Source: Sphaerodactylus townsendi (taxonomy: Eukaryota). Taken from it: 64,000 nucleotides of DNA. The position numbers and the translations under genes are program-made. The notes beneath the pieces were generated by a model that was not told where the DNA came from, ran no database searches, and saw only the letters and a program-made list of their open reading frames with translations. The stretch is from positions 44,020,001-44,084,000 of the forward strand of contig NC_059430.1 of the NCBI RefSeq assembly GCF_021028975.2. The letters are read 5' to 3'. Shown here in pieces: positions 48,777 to 61,532 of this stretch. Every line of letters begins with the position of its first letter. Position 1 is the first letter of the stretch.

Positions 48777-51700
48777 ACTGTCAGATGTTTTCAACTAGAG
48801 ATGAAAAGAAAGGTATTCGTCTGTCTTGCTGGGATGGTCCTTTTGTTTCCTATTCTAATGCAACCTATACTGGTTATGTCAGAGTTTTCAGCAAAAGGTA
48901 TCAAACATTTCCTCAAAGAAGGAACATTCAGCAGAGAATATGTGGTGAATCATAGGAGAAAAAATCCCTCCATGTAGAAAACAAGGTGACAGGCTGTGCT
49001 TGTCAATGGTATTGGAAAGGTGTGATTTGGCTTAGACTGACACTGAAGGAATTCTAGCCCAGCCTCTTCTGCCAACTAGCTACTTTTTCACGTGGAACAA
49101 TTGGGGAGGGGAGGAATGTGTTGGAGTATTGTACAAGTCTGCATCTGCAATCTGAAGCAGCACAGTCTAGGCATCACAGCAATGACTGTCTGCTATGCAC
49201 AGTCAGAAGTGGTACAGTGTATTCTACCACCTTAAAGTTTTGCCGCCCCAGAGACATGTATTCTCCTGCTTGTGTGAATTAGACTTAGATGTAACAGAGG
49301 CAGCTATGTTTGTTCTTCACATGTAAATCAGAGGACGGGTCCTACTTTTACCACAAAAGGGACATGTGAGCAGGGGATTAGAACCTTCTCTTACTTTCCA
49401 CTTTTGCTGGGGAAATTTTCTCTCAGTCTAGCTCCAATATCACAATATATGTTTGGCTTGGAGAAAAGTGCTTGAAAAGAAAAGTAACATAGTAGATGAT
49501 ATAAATGGGAGATTTAGCTCCCTTCAAATGCATATATAGACCTTTTTCTTGTGAAAAAACAACTCTTGTCATCATTTTAGACAAGAAGGGCAAACATACA
49601 AATAACCAAAAATGGCAAGTCTGTCACTTTTCATTTGGCCCTGAAAGCTAGGCCTTGGACTATTTGGAGGCTGGCAGTAACTAGCTTACTGTTGATTTTT
49701 TATTTATTTACAGTATTCATTTGAACATTTCAATGCTATTTTACTTTCCAAAGTGATCCAAAGCAGTATGCAGAAATTTCTAGAGCCATCAATACAAACC
49801 ACTCACTTTGACTTTACATGGCAAATCTGGACTTTTGAACTGAGATCAGTTTTGTAAACTGAGGGCTCAGAAATTGAAATCAGAACCACTTTTTGTATAT
49901 AAATACATCATATTCCCCAAACTTATTTCAGTTGCCCAACCTGGGGGCATATAGGATTGATGGGTTTTGACAGGGAGTTGAAAGAGAAGGCATTTGTATG
50001 TGTGGAGGAAGGGCAAAAGGCCAGGGAAAATGTGAAAAGGGTCCTCCATTCACCCACTGGAAGTTCTAGGCAGGTGTCACACCCTCTGCAAGTTTTTCAA
50101 GTTCCCTTTACTCATACAGAGATATTCAAGAAATGTTCTTTTAAGAAAGTTTTTTTTCTTAATGTGCAGCTACATTTCATTTTAGACAAATAGATGCCAC
50201 ACTGTTCTATGTTTTGCTAGCTTTGTTATGTTTTTCAAGCTGCCTGAACAGGAAATCTGGTATATAAATAAATAAACATTTGGGTTTCTACCATCATGTT
50301 TGCACACAAATCTCACTGTCACAGCTAGAGTGGTGATACAAGTTCAGTCGGCTAAAACCTGTCTCTCACAGCCTCAGTGCAAAAGCATAGCAGTGCCCAA
50401 GCTCCCATCTCTATGTTGGTGGAGAGCAGGGATGCAAACCTAAGTGCTGGCTTAATATTATCCTCTGTTCTTGAGTGCTGTGTCACAGTGACTTTGGAGG
50501 GAGAGGGGGCCAGGTATCAAAACTGATAAACAGATTCCACCCTTTTTATGCAGGGAGTCAGGGGAGGGGGGGAGCACAGATTAGGATTCCTTGTTTCTAG
50601 AAACTGGAAATGTGCACATTTGTGTCATAATAAAATAAAAACTACCAAATACTTTAAAGCAACAGAGTCTGTGACTTCACTCAGACCACTTGTAAAACCA
50701 CACTCAGAAATGAGCTGGTGATCCATTGTGAGAGCCAAGTCCATCCCAAACAAGGCTTAAGACAGAGATCACCTCACCAAATAGGGCATGGGTCACCTCC
50801 GTTCTTTCTGATCTGTGACACCTCAGTTCTTTCTGACATATTATCATTACAGCTCTTTCATATTGGTTTTTCATGTATCCCTGTTGTATAGGTCGGGGTA
50901 CTGAGCAGGGTCGTCCTAGAAGCAAATGCTGAACAGGAATAGGAAGCACACCAGAGTTAGGAGAAAGCATTCACTGCTCCCTCTGGCAGAATGCTTTTGA
51001 AGAAGGGAGTGTCTAAATCACACTGGGATTTGCAAAGTGCCTCATCAGTGCCAGGAAACAGTTGACTGCACACTCATAGCCTGCTTCCAGGTTCTGTGAA
51101 CACATGGCAAGAAACAGCAACAGCAAAAAGAAAGAGACTGTCTGTAAGCAGCATTCCCCCACACCCATCAAAAAAAAGGAGTTATTTTTCTTATTCTCAG
51201 ACCTCTTTGCCTCTCTGACACTGCTGGCCTCATCATAAGTTTAACAGTTACTCTTGGAGATTTGTATCCCCTAGAGGTCAAACCAAACAGGCTTGCAGTA
51301 GAACTAGTGATGCTATCCATCTTTCTAGCCTCTTGCCCGGGCTTCCCTTCAGCTCCTTGTTCCCCAGTTTCTCCAATATTCAATTTTTAAAAGTCTCTTT
51401 TATGGAAATGTCTTCGCTTTGGTAAGGCCTTGTTTATGTTCCAACAGAATTCAAAATTTGCAGAATGTGTATTTTATCAGTTTACTGTATATCATAGTCA
51501 CTTTGGCATCCCTAAGGCCTGAAAGGAAGGCTGACCTGGAACAGAATGGACCAGAACTGGAAGTTCAGAGTATGGGGCGAGCAGGAAAAAGATACTGTGA
51601 AGTTTGGGAGCTAATGGTAGTCTTTCCTCTGTTTAGGTAGCTGCTCTAATCTTTCTGAGCAATCCTTCTTTCGAAAAATGCTGACAAAAAGATCTTGCTA

Positions 51701-54059
51701 CCACCCCTGCTTTTTTCCTCTCCAGTCTTCCTCTATTTCTTTCTTCTTTCCTCACACATATTGCCAAAATTACAGAACTGCTGATGGGCTTGTTAATGCT
51801 ATGTTGTTATTATAAGTTTCTTCCCCGCAAAATGCCTCACACTTTCCAAGGACAAATAAATTAGAGCTTGGCAAAGAGTTTGTAACAAAATAAGATTTCT
51901 GCAAAAAAATCCTGGCTTTGCTTGGCTGAAGGTTTTTATCAGGATCTCAGTGATTTTTTAATAGGAAAGCTGGAGAAATATGACAACATCTGAAGAATTC
52001 AGTCATCTGTTTGTAATCAATATATTTTTTAGAAAACTTTCCCAAAAATGTCACACATTTTCATTTTTGATTCATAATTATGCAGCATAATTTCACCAAA
52101 ATTACTTAGCCGAGACCAAGTTTACTATACTGTTGTTGCTAAGGGGAAAGGAAACTATTCAACTAAATAGAATTTCCACTAATAATCTAACCTACCCTGA
52201 CTTGGAAAAAAAGTGGGAAATATTGTTTATGCTCCATTATATACACAAATTATACATACTTCATCACTGAACAACGGAGACCAACTTTTAAAATCCCCAA
52301 AGGAACAAACAGACACAAATGTCAGTCCACTTTAAAATCTGGTCAAGCCATTATAGTCAGGAGTCTTCATACTCAATCTTGAATAGTTCACTTTCCCTCC
52401 AATTAGGATAGCCACAACCCAGGAGTTAGTTTTGAGCACATACTCATTAAGTCAATGACTTTGTACCTATTGAGCTAAAAAGTACAACCCTGCAAATGTT
52501 ACCATGTTGAACTAATTCAGAGCAGACTTTGGTCATGCCCTTGCATACTCACTGTGATGGGCTGGGCTTCCTTCTGAATGCAGGCCCTGTCAGTGCAGGC
52601 AGTTTCTCTCCTCCCAATATTCCTGTAGCCTTAGCTGGCAAAGAGGGGCCCTTTTATTGACAACAAGCAACTCCTCCCTGTCCTCCTCCTCCTCTAGTCT
52701 GCCACCTCTTTTCTAAACATCCCCCCCCCCAATTCCTCACTCAGGAAATCAGAAACCTCAGGAAATTGAACTAGGAGAGAGTAGGGGTGTAAGAACGAAT
52801 GCCAGTGGCTAATGGGGTCAAAACCACATCAGGAGGGAAGGAGGGTCGCCTAAGCAGTTATGTCTTAGCAGTTAACCAGTAGGAGCCCTGAATGGAAGCC
52901 TTGAAATACTGTAGGTGGTTCTTTCACTGGTGGCTGGAGAGGCCTCTTGCATCCCTCCTCCAGCAATCAGGCCTTGTACCACAGCAGAAGAACTGCATTG
53001 TTAAGGAGCCTTTGGCCAGCGTTCCTTAACGTTGGAGAGAAGGAAGACTGAAAAGTACTTGGACTCTTTGCTTTGATTTTATTTCCTCTCCAAAAGAGGA
53101 ATGTTGAGAAAGGAGTTAGAAAATACAGAAGGACATATTTAAACTGAGTGGGAGTTTGGCATTGAGGGGAGCAGGCTTCTAAACTAGTTACAAGTGAATG
53201 GTTGTCCAGTGAAATCTGTTACAAAGGTTTAAGGGTTGCCAAGTCTGGATTGGAAAATTCATGGAGATCTGAGGTTGGAGCCTGGGGTTTGGGGAGCTGA
53301 GGAACCTCAGCAAGGCAGAATGTCACAGAGTCTACCTTCCAAATCAGCCGTTTTCTCCAGGGGAACTGATCTCTGTAGTTTGAAGATCAGTCATAATTCT
53401 GGGAGATCTCCAAGCCCCAACCGGTGGATTGGCAGCCTTAGAACATGACAAAGGGGCCAACTTCCAAAATATCATTTAAATATAATTTCAAAGAAGGAGT
53501 TAGAATCTCCACAGTAAGAATAGTGGAACCTGGCTGTACAGATTGCAAGCAATAGAGTACCTATTTGTCAGCAGTGAATCATTTCTCTTTGCTGTGCTTG
53601 TTTAATACAGCAAATATTTAACCACTTGGATCAATCAAAGATTTGACACTGCCAAGTCTCCTTTCTTATGAGGAGAATCCAGACAAAAATTTCTCACATC
53701 CCTGAGTGAGTATAACCTACTGGATAGACTGAAGGAAGACCACAACCTGTTTTCATAGGACACTCATTTTTTATTGCTATTGGAAACTGGCTAAATAGAG
53801 AGTACAGTTTTGCACATTGGTGCCTCACACAGTTGCATGTTCTAGAAATACTTGCAGAACTACCTATAGAGCCATAGCAGGGTGTCCTACAGTTCTCATG
53901 CTTTAGATACAAGGTAGAGCACAATCTTGTGTAAAGGGGTTCCTTTGGATTTGGTTTTACTTTTCTCACACTCCTTGAACCTGATTTGTTCCACCAGAAG
54001 CCAATTCGGATGATAGTGCACTGGATGTATATGCACTCACCACAGTGTCTCCATAAGGA

Positions 54060-54435
54060 CCTATGCAACCACATTTTGCACCAACTGGAGTTTACAGAGC
54101 AGTCTCAAGGGTAGCCCAAGTAGAGCGAGTTACAGTAGTCTGATCTGGAGGTGACTGTTGAATACATCACTGTAGCTAGGTCAGGGCTGATAAATAGAGG
54201 GCCAGTAACCTTGCCTGGGGAGATGGAAAGAAAAAAACCAGCTGGGCCACCTTTGTGATCTGATCCTCCATAGACAAGGAGGTATCAAGGGTCACACCTA
54301 AACTCTTGACAGTTGGCCTAGGTGTTAGCTGCACCCTTTCAAGAGTTGGAAGGTGGCCATCTCCCCCACCACCACCACGTGCCTCCAACCCAACCACAGG
54401 ACCTCCATCTTCCATGGATTTTTTCCAGCCCAATT
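54060..54435 (-). mobile_element. L2-clade LINE ORF2 fragment
   Basis: VKSLGVTLDTSLSMEDQITKVAQ...DLATV...VTSRSDYCNSLYLG motifs. Confidence 0.8.
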
Positions 54436-56375
54436 TGCTTCAACCATTTCTCCATGGTATCTAGACAACTGGCCAAACATCCAGGGCAGTGTCCATCTGG
54501 CTGCGCATCAACAGTTCCGCTACGTAAACTGGTTTCTGAAATGAGATGTCAGAGATGTTATTTCACTGGTCTCAGTCCCTGCCATTGTAGCCTTGAGATG
54601 TGTTCTGAAAACAAGAAGAAACATGCTTTTGTCTATAGGAAAGGATCTTATGCCTTCACTTAGCTATTGATGTGATGGATAGAGAGTTACCACCTACTTG
54701 GCATAAAAGCAACACTCTTTGTATAAGGTGTAATGTGTGGTTGGATTGAATATGATGAAATAGAAGCAACTGGAAGAATAGGCCTACAGTAGTATAGGCC
54801 CCCGTGGGAATATACCATCCTCTGTTGGTATTGTGTCAGGTGCTGTACAAAACATAGAGGTTATACAGGGTGTATGATAAAAATACTAAGCTGAAATCTT
54901 CATATGTATGTAGCTGAAATAATACATGTTTAGCCACCAGGAACATGTCACACCATTGGCCACTTTTTTTCCCTACACTGCGAGGACAGGTGCCTATTCA
55001 AATCATATTTTCCTAACACTGAGTGTCTGAATCCGGAACATGATGCATACTCTGACAGGTCTTATTGCACTGGCATCCCATTCAGTCATTTAGTGCAGTA
55101 TATACCAATGGTGAGGGAAACAGAAGTAACAATTAAGGTTGTAGTTGGGAGCCATTTGGGGGTGGAGACTGAGGAAGTGATGTTGTGTGATGCTACAAGA
55201 ATCTCCCTAATCTCTATGGACTGGGAAAATTCTTAGAGTGTTCCGAAATACAATAATGTCACAGCACAGCAGTTCACAAACTCAAGGCTACAAGGGAAAC
55301 ATGGAGTTCCAACCTCACAGCTTCCTCATAAACACATTGCAGCACCAGAGAACATGTATAGATGAGAATGCATTGAAAGGAATGTGCCAAGCCATTCTGA
55401 TTCTCCTCTGAAAATATCATTATAAACACTTTTCATCTTTTGTACCCAATGGGTTCCAAAATAAGTTCCACTAAAGGAACAAACGACCAGGAGGGATGTA
55501 AGAGTAAAGTTCCTCTCCCTCTTGTTCACTAGTGCTCCAGTTCAGGTGCTCCAATCATTCTGCAAACCTATTATTTCAGCAAAAGTGTGAAGAGTACACC
55601 TATTTGCCAACATAAAGCCTATCTTTATCCTGAGCAAATATCATTAAAAGCCTGTGAAGTGCTGTTCTTCTTCTTCCTCTTGTAGAACAGAACTAGAGTT
55701 TCACTTGAAACAAAGTGAGGAGAAAGGGAGAGAAAAGGTGGCAATACAGGAGGAAGACAAAGGCAGGTGGTGTAGTGCCTTCATCCTTTTCTCATTTAAA
55801 GGGGCTGCCCTATTTACCCAAAAGGGAGAGTACCCTGAATATAAGACCATCACCCTCACCAAAGCTTTACACAAAATATTTTAATTGCCATACATAACTG
55901 TAACTTGTATGCAAATTTAAAACTACTGCCTCTTCTTCTTGGCAGTTTTCCTTTCTGGTAAATAGGAATATATTCATCAACCAGTAATGTCTGGAAACCT
56001 AAATTTAGGATATGGCAGTGATGGTTTGACTTTTATTTTCTAATGGTTCTTCTTTCACTGAATGATGAAATATTCAGGAGTAGTACCATAGGGTTTTGTT
56101 TCCTTTGGATGAGAAGGCATTGAGATAGAGATTGATGGCATTTGAGCAATATGTATTTATTGAGAACTGTACAAAAAGAACATAGCAGGAAAAAGCAGGC
56201 TCCAAAAAAATCAAGCAGCACAGCTATTAATCCTGCTTCAAATTCTCAGAGATCAGTGTTCAAGAATATTTCCATTTCGGCCATCTCCAACTGAAAACTC
56301 TCAATTTCTGTCCCATATGCAAAGTATAATCTGTCTTCCTTTCTCACACATACTTACAAAACACTGATCTCAGAC

Positions 56376-57326
56376 CACTGGCATAATGCCCATTGGGCAA
56401 GGTGGGCAGCTGCCCAGGGCATCACCTTGTGGGGGGGGGGGCATCAAAATGCTGTGCTCGTTTTTGGGTATTTTAGTGGTTTTCCATTTTTGGCCTGCAG
56501 GGGGCGCGGTTTTTAGGCTAGCGGCACCAAGGTTTCAGCGTATCATCAGGAGACTGTCCTTATGCTACCCCCCAAGTTTGGTGAGGTTTGGTTTAGGGAG
56601 TCCAAAGTTATGGACTCCCAAAAGGGGTGCCCCTATCCCCCATTGTTTCCAATGGGAGCTAATAGGAGATGGGGCTACAGTTTTGAGGGTCCATAACTTT
56701 GGCCCCCCTGAACCAAACTGCACCAAACCTGGGGGGTATCATTAGGGCAGTCTCCTGATGAGACCCTGAAAGTTTTGAGACTGTGCCTTCAGAAATGTGC
56801 TCCCCACAGCCTGCAACCCCCATTGACAGCAATGCAGAAAACTCAATGCAGAACAAAGATTCTTGGGCAAATTTCTAGGATGTTCCTGCAGGGGGTGCAT
56901 TTTTGGATGTATCGGCACCAAAATTTCAGTGTATCATCTGGAGATGATGGCACCCCCCAAGTTTGGTGCAGTTTGGTTCAGGGGAGGCAAAGTTATGGAC
57001 CCTCAAAACTGTAGCCCCCATCTCCTATTAGCTCCCATTGGAAACAAGGGGGGATGGGGCACCCCCTTTGGGAGTCCATAACTTTGGACTCCTTGAACCA
57101 AACCTCACCAAACTTGGGGAGTAGTATAAGAACAGTCTCTTGATGATATGCTGAAATTTTGGTGCTGATATGTCTAAAAATACACCCCTGCAGGCACCAA
57201 TGTCCTGGTGCAAATAAAATGTGGTCGTGGTGGAGTGGCCGCCCATGGCGGGGGGCGGGGGGGGGCATCCAACTCAGGTTTTGCCCAGGGCTACAGTTTG
57301 CCCAGGGCTGCCTCATTACACCCCTG
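56376..57326. mobile_element. hAT non-autonomous element built from internal foldback units
   Basis: CACTGGCATAATG ... CATTACACCCCTG termini and a perfect 8-bp TSD TCTCAGAC. Confidence 0.88.
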
Positions 57327-57891
57327 TCTCAGACTCAACTCTGCAGTTAAACAGCCAATTTAGGAAAAGATCTCCAGTGGTTATCACCCACTGAGATAAC
57401 ATCCTTTAATTACTATTGACTATTAGGAAGCAATCATCTTAACAAAGGATGACCATCTAGCTTCCTCTTCCTCTAGAAAGCAATTTGAGCCACTCAGATG
57501 AAAGCCCAAAGGATCAGAGGACCTAAGCAGTAAAGGCAAAGAAGTTGGATATGGTCAAAACTGGGTCAGATAGACAAGATGAAGAAGAGCCCATATGACT
57601 CTCCTGCCTATAATGGGCAACACAAAGGTAGGAGTGCTGTTAATTATGCGCAAAGGAATAAAGTTACTCATCAATTGGACCTTGTTATGTCTGCCACTGT
57701 AATGGATCATGAGGCCTCTAACATGATCCTCCCTCCAGGGCAGGGGTTTAGATGGCAATATACTATGCATGCATCCAGTGAAAATATATAGACATTGGTT
57801 GGATTCAATGAACCACGAATCAATGTTCACCCCTTCTCCTTTCCTCCTGTAACTTCCAACATCCTTTGAAACACTGTTCCTGAGTGCTGAG

Positions 57892-59193
57892 CAGGGGCGT
57901 AACATCCATTGGGCAGTTTGGGCAATTGCCCAGGGCATCAGAATTTTGAGTCACATGGGGGCATGTGAACGATCCGTTTTTATTTTTTTGTTTTTTCACA
58001 TTTTGTCCTGCAGGGGGTGCATTTTTGGACGTATCAGCATTAAAATTGCAGGGTGTCATCTGGAGACTGTCCTGATGATAACCCCAAGTTTGGTGCAGTT
58101 TGGTTCAGGGGGGCCAAGGTTATGAACCCTCAAAGGGGGTGCCCCATCCTCCATTCTTTCCAATAAGAGCTAAGGAGATGGGGGCTGCCCCTTTGAGGGT
58201 CCATAACTTTCGCCCCCCTGAACCAAACTGCACCAAACTTGGGAGGTAGCATTAGGACATTCTCCAGATGATACCCTGAAATTTTGGTGCTGATGCATCC
58301 AAAAATGCGCCCCCTGAAGGAACATCCCAGAAATTTGCCCAAGAATCTTTGTTCTGGAGTGAGTTTTCTGCATTGCTGTCAATGGGGTTTGCAGACTGGG
58401 GGGTGCACATTTCTGAAGTCTCAAAACTTTCAGGGTCTCACCAGGAGACTGCCCTCATGATACCCCCAGGTCTGGTGCAGTTTGGGTCAGGGGGGCCAAA
58501 GTTATGGACCCTCAAAGGGGGAGCCCCATCCTCCATTCTTTCCAATAAGAGCTAAGGAAATGGGGGCTGTTTTTTGAGGGCCCATAACTTTGGTCCCCCT
58601 GAACCAAACTGCACCAAACTTGGGGGGTAGCATTAGGACCTTCTCCAGATGATACCCTGAAATTTTGGTGCCAATACATCCAAAAATGCGCCCCCTGAAG
58701 GAACATCCCAGAAATTTGCCCAAGAATCTTTGTTCTGGAGTGAGTTTTCTGCATTGCTGTCAATGGGGGGTGCAGGCTTGGGGGGAGCACATTTCTGAAG
58801 GCGCAGTCTCAAAACTTTCAGAGTCTCATTAGGAGATTGCCCTGATGATACCCCCCAGGTTTGGTGCAGTTTGGTTCAGGGGAGCCAATGTTTTGGATCC
58901 TCAAAGGGGGTGCCCCCATCCCCCATTCTTTCCAGGAGCTAAGGAGATGGGGGCTACCCGTTTGAGGGTCCATAACTTTGCCCCCCCCAGCCAAACTGCA
59001 CCAAACTTGGGGGTAGCATCAGGACAGTCTCCTGATGATATGCTGAAATTTTGGTGCTGATATGTCTAAAAATGCACCCGCTGCAGGCACCAATGACCTG
59101 GTGCAAATAAAATTGGGGGTCATGGTGGGGTGGCCGCCTATGGGGGGGCATCAGGTTTTGCCCAGGGCTCCAGTTTGCCTCATTACACCCCTG
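57892..59193. mobile_element. hAT non-autonomous element, same family, with one extra internal unit
   Basis: CAGGGGCGTAA ... TTACACCCCTG termini and a perfect 8-bp TSD GTGCTGAG. Confidence 0.9.
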
Positions 59194-61265
59194 GTGCTGA
59201 GTGCTAGAGGACCCCACAAACAGAATGGAATGCAGGGATGGCTTAAAGAAAAGGGAAAACTGGAGAAATTATGCTTCTTCCAATTCCCCTTTGTGCTGCA
59301 CCCCTTTCCTCTGCACCAAAGTTCACTCTGTTTCTGAGGATCCCCCAACCTTTAATGGCAGCTTTTCAGGGGGAGCAGGGCGAAAGCAGGTGTTCAGGGG
59401 GAGGTATTTGTTATGTTAGATCCAAACAATTATTATTGTGGTAACAAGTGTACTTGTTTGAATTTCTTCACTTCTATTTTACTTTATTATAAAAATGTGT
59501 CTGGATGTAAATCCCACAAGAATCTCAGAATTATATATAAATTGAAAAGATTAAGGTATGTGAATAAGTGATTGCCCAAATTATTTCCAATTTTTTTTTT
59601 TAAAGAAAGCCATAAGCAAATGACAGAAACCCAACTGTCTAAACATTCCAAAGCATGGCTCGGTTGTCCCAAAATAACTGAATGCACGTGAACATGTGAA
59701 AGTGGAGGGAACAGGCTGGTACAAATTTGTTGTCAGCAATGCAAACAGAAGTTACATGTTCTGTTAACCTGGCATGCGTCTCTTGTGGTCAATAGCGTGA
59801 GGGTCTTGGAAGCGTACTCTGGAAACAGACCGATCCCATGAGACAGGCTCATCACTCAAGGGGAAACAATATGTAAATGTGATCTTTTAATTTAGTTTCC
59901 ACTCAACGACTCTACCACCCTTCTCCGAGTCCAAGCTAATCAAGCTATTACTCCTACAGTCTGGGAAGGAAGGAAAAAATAAAAAAGACACTGAATGTTA
60001 TTTTTATCTTTAAAATAGTTGCCAAGTGTTCTGACAAGGGGACCATGTAACTAATCAAATCCTTATGTACATGAAAATGTAGGTGAAACTGCAACAGCTG
60101 TTTACACCATTTGAACAGATTAACTACATATTGAATTTCCCCAGCAGGGCATATAGTGACACCCTGGAGCACTTCAGGTTGAATATACACCTCTCTTAGC
60201 AAACCTCAATATACCAAAGTGGAACTCCAGGTGCATGTCTGATTGACAGGGATCATCAGAGAAGGACACTAGGAAAATATGATGTGTAGTTAAACCTTGT
60301 TTTTAAACATGAATCTGGCAGCTAAGAGGATCTTAGCTAGATAACCTTTTCTGTTTAAACAGGGCTGTCAGCTGCAGTTTTAGCAAACCCGAGATCCATA
60401 GTCAGGCAGGGTTTTCACTAGCATTCTAATGTTGCATGTGTACTAGCATTGCACACATCGCAACATAGTTCAACTTGTATACCGGTTTCACATAAGACTG
60501 CCCAACTGAGCTCTTCTTGCCAGAAGGAAAGTGAGCTTCAGCAATCCCGCCATGACTGCTAGAGTATTCCTTTCTCCCTGGCGGTGATGGTACCCAGTTC
60601 CTCATTTTTCAATTCCTGGCTGCTTTCTAAGGCTAATAGTGACATCCCACCCACACAGTGGCCGGGGGTGGGGGGGGGCCTGGCAACCTTAGTGACATGA
60701 CAGGGAATGTGATCCCCAACATAACATGTTGTTTGGCGCTAACTTACAATAAGTCTAAACTTTATGTCTATAACTAATGTGTCCACACAAAAAAACTTGC
60801 AAGAAGGAAACAAAAAATGCTTTTAATCAAGTCTGTAGTACATTCTGTGGAAAAATGATTCCTATGCCTTAAATTATGAGATACAACTAGTTTTCTATTC
60901 CCAACTCTAGGTGGTAGTCACAGGAATAACTCCAAACACCAGCTGAAACATTTGATTGGATTCAGGAAATAGGTTTTACAGTCTAATTGCACACTCTTTA
61001 AAGACTGTGTTTTTAAAAAATTATTAAATTTACTGGAAGTTATTTTTTAGCGAAACATTATTTGTCTCCATGCAACTGAAAGAATTCTAGAGAAAGGGTC
61101 AGTTTTCAGATCCATTCTTTCCCCCAGTAAAATGCTGGCTAATTTCTGCCTACACTGGAGGCTATTTGTGAGATGGATCGGAAGATAGGCAAAGGCAGGC
61201 CTGTTCCTAGGTAGGTTTGACATGTTATCCAGGTTTGCACTGCCTGCAATACACCAGGCATATGT

Positions 61266-61532
61266 GGTAAAGGTAGTCCCCTGTACAAGCACCAGGTTAT
61301 TTCTGACACGTGGGGTGATGTCACATCACTTTGTTTCCAGGGTGGTTTGCCACTATCTTCGCAAGTTATCTACACTTTACCCCCAGCAAACTGGGTACTC
61401 ATTTTACCGAGCGCCAAAGGAAGTCTGAGTCAACCTTGAGCCAACTACTTAAAACCAACTTCCTTCAGGATTTAACTCAGGTTGTGAGCAGAGCTTCAAC
61501 TGCAGTACTGCAGCTTACCACTCTGCACCATG
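61266..61532 (-). mobile_element. Sauria SINE
   Basis: ggtaaaggtagtcccctg is the reverse of the ACCTTT tail, followed by ctgggtactcattttaccga and a reverse tRNA-like head cttaccactctgcacca. Confidence 0.8.

Noticed and set aside
56376-59193. CRISPR-like array
   Set aside because: These are eukaryotic hAT elements with TSDs, with no unique spacers and no cas genes.
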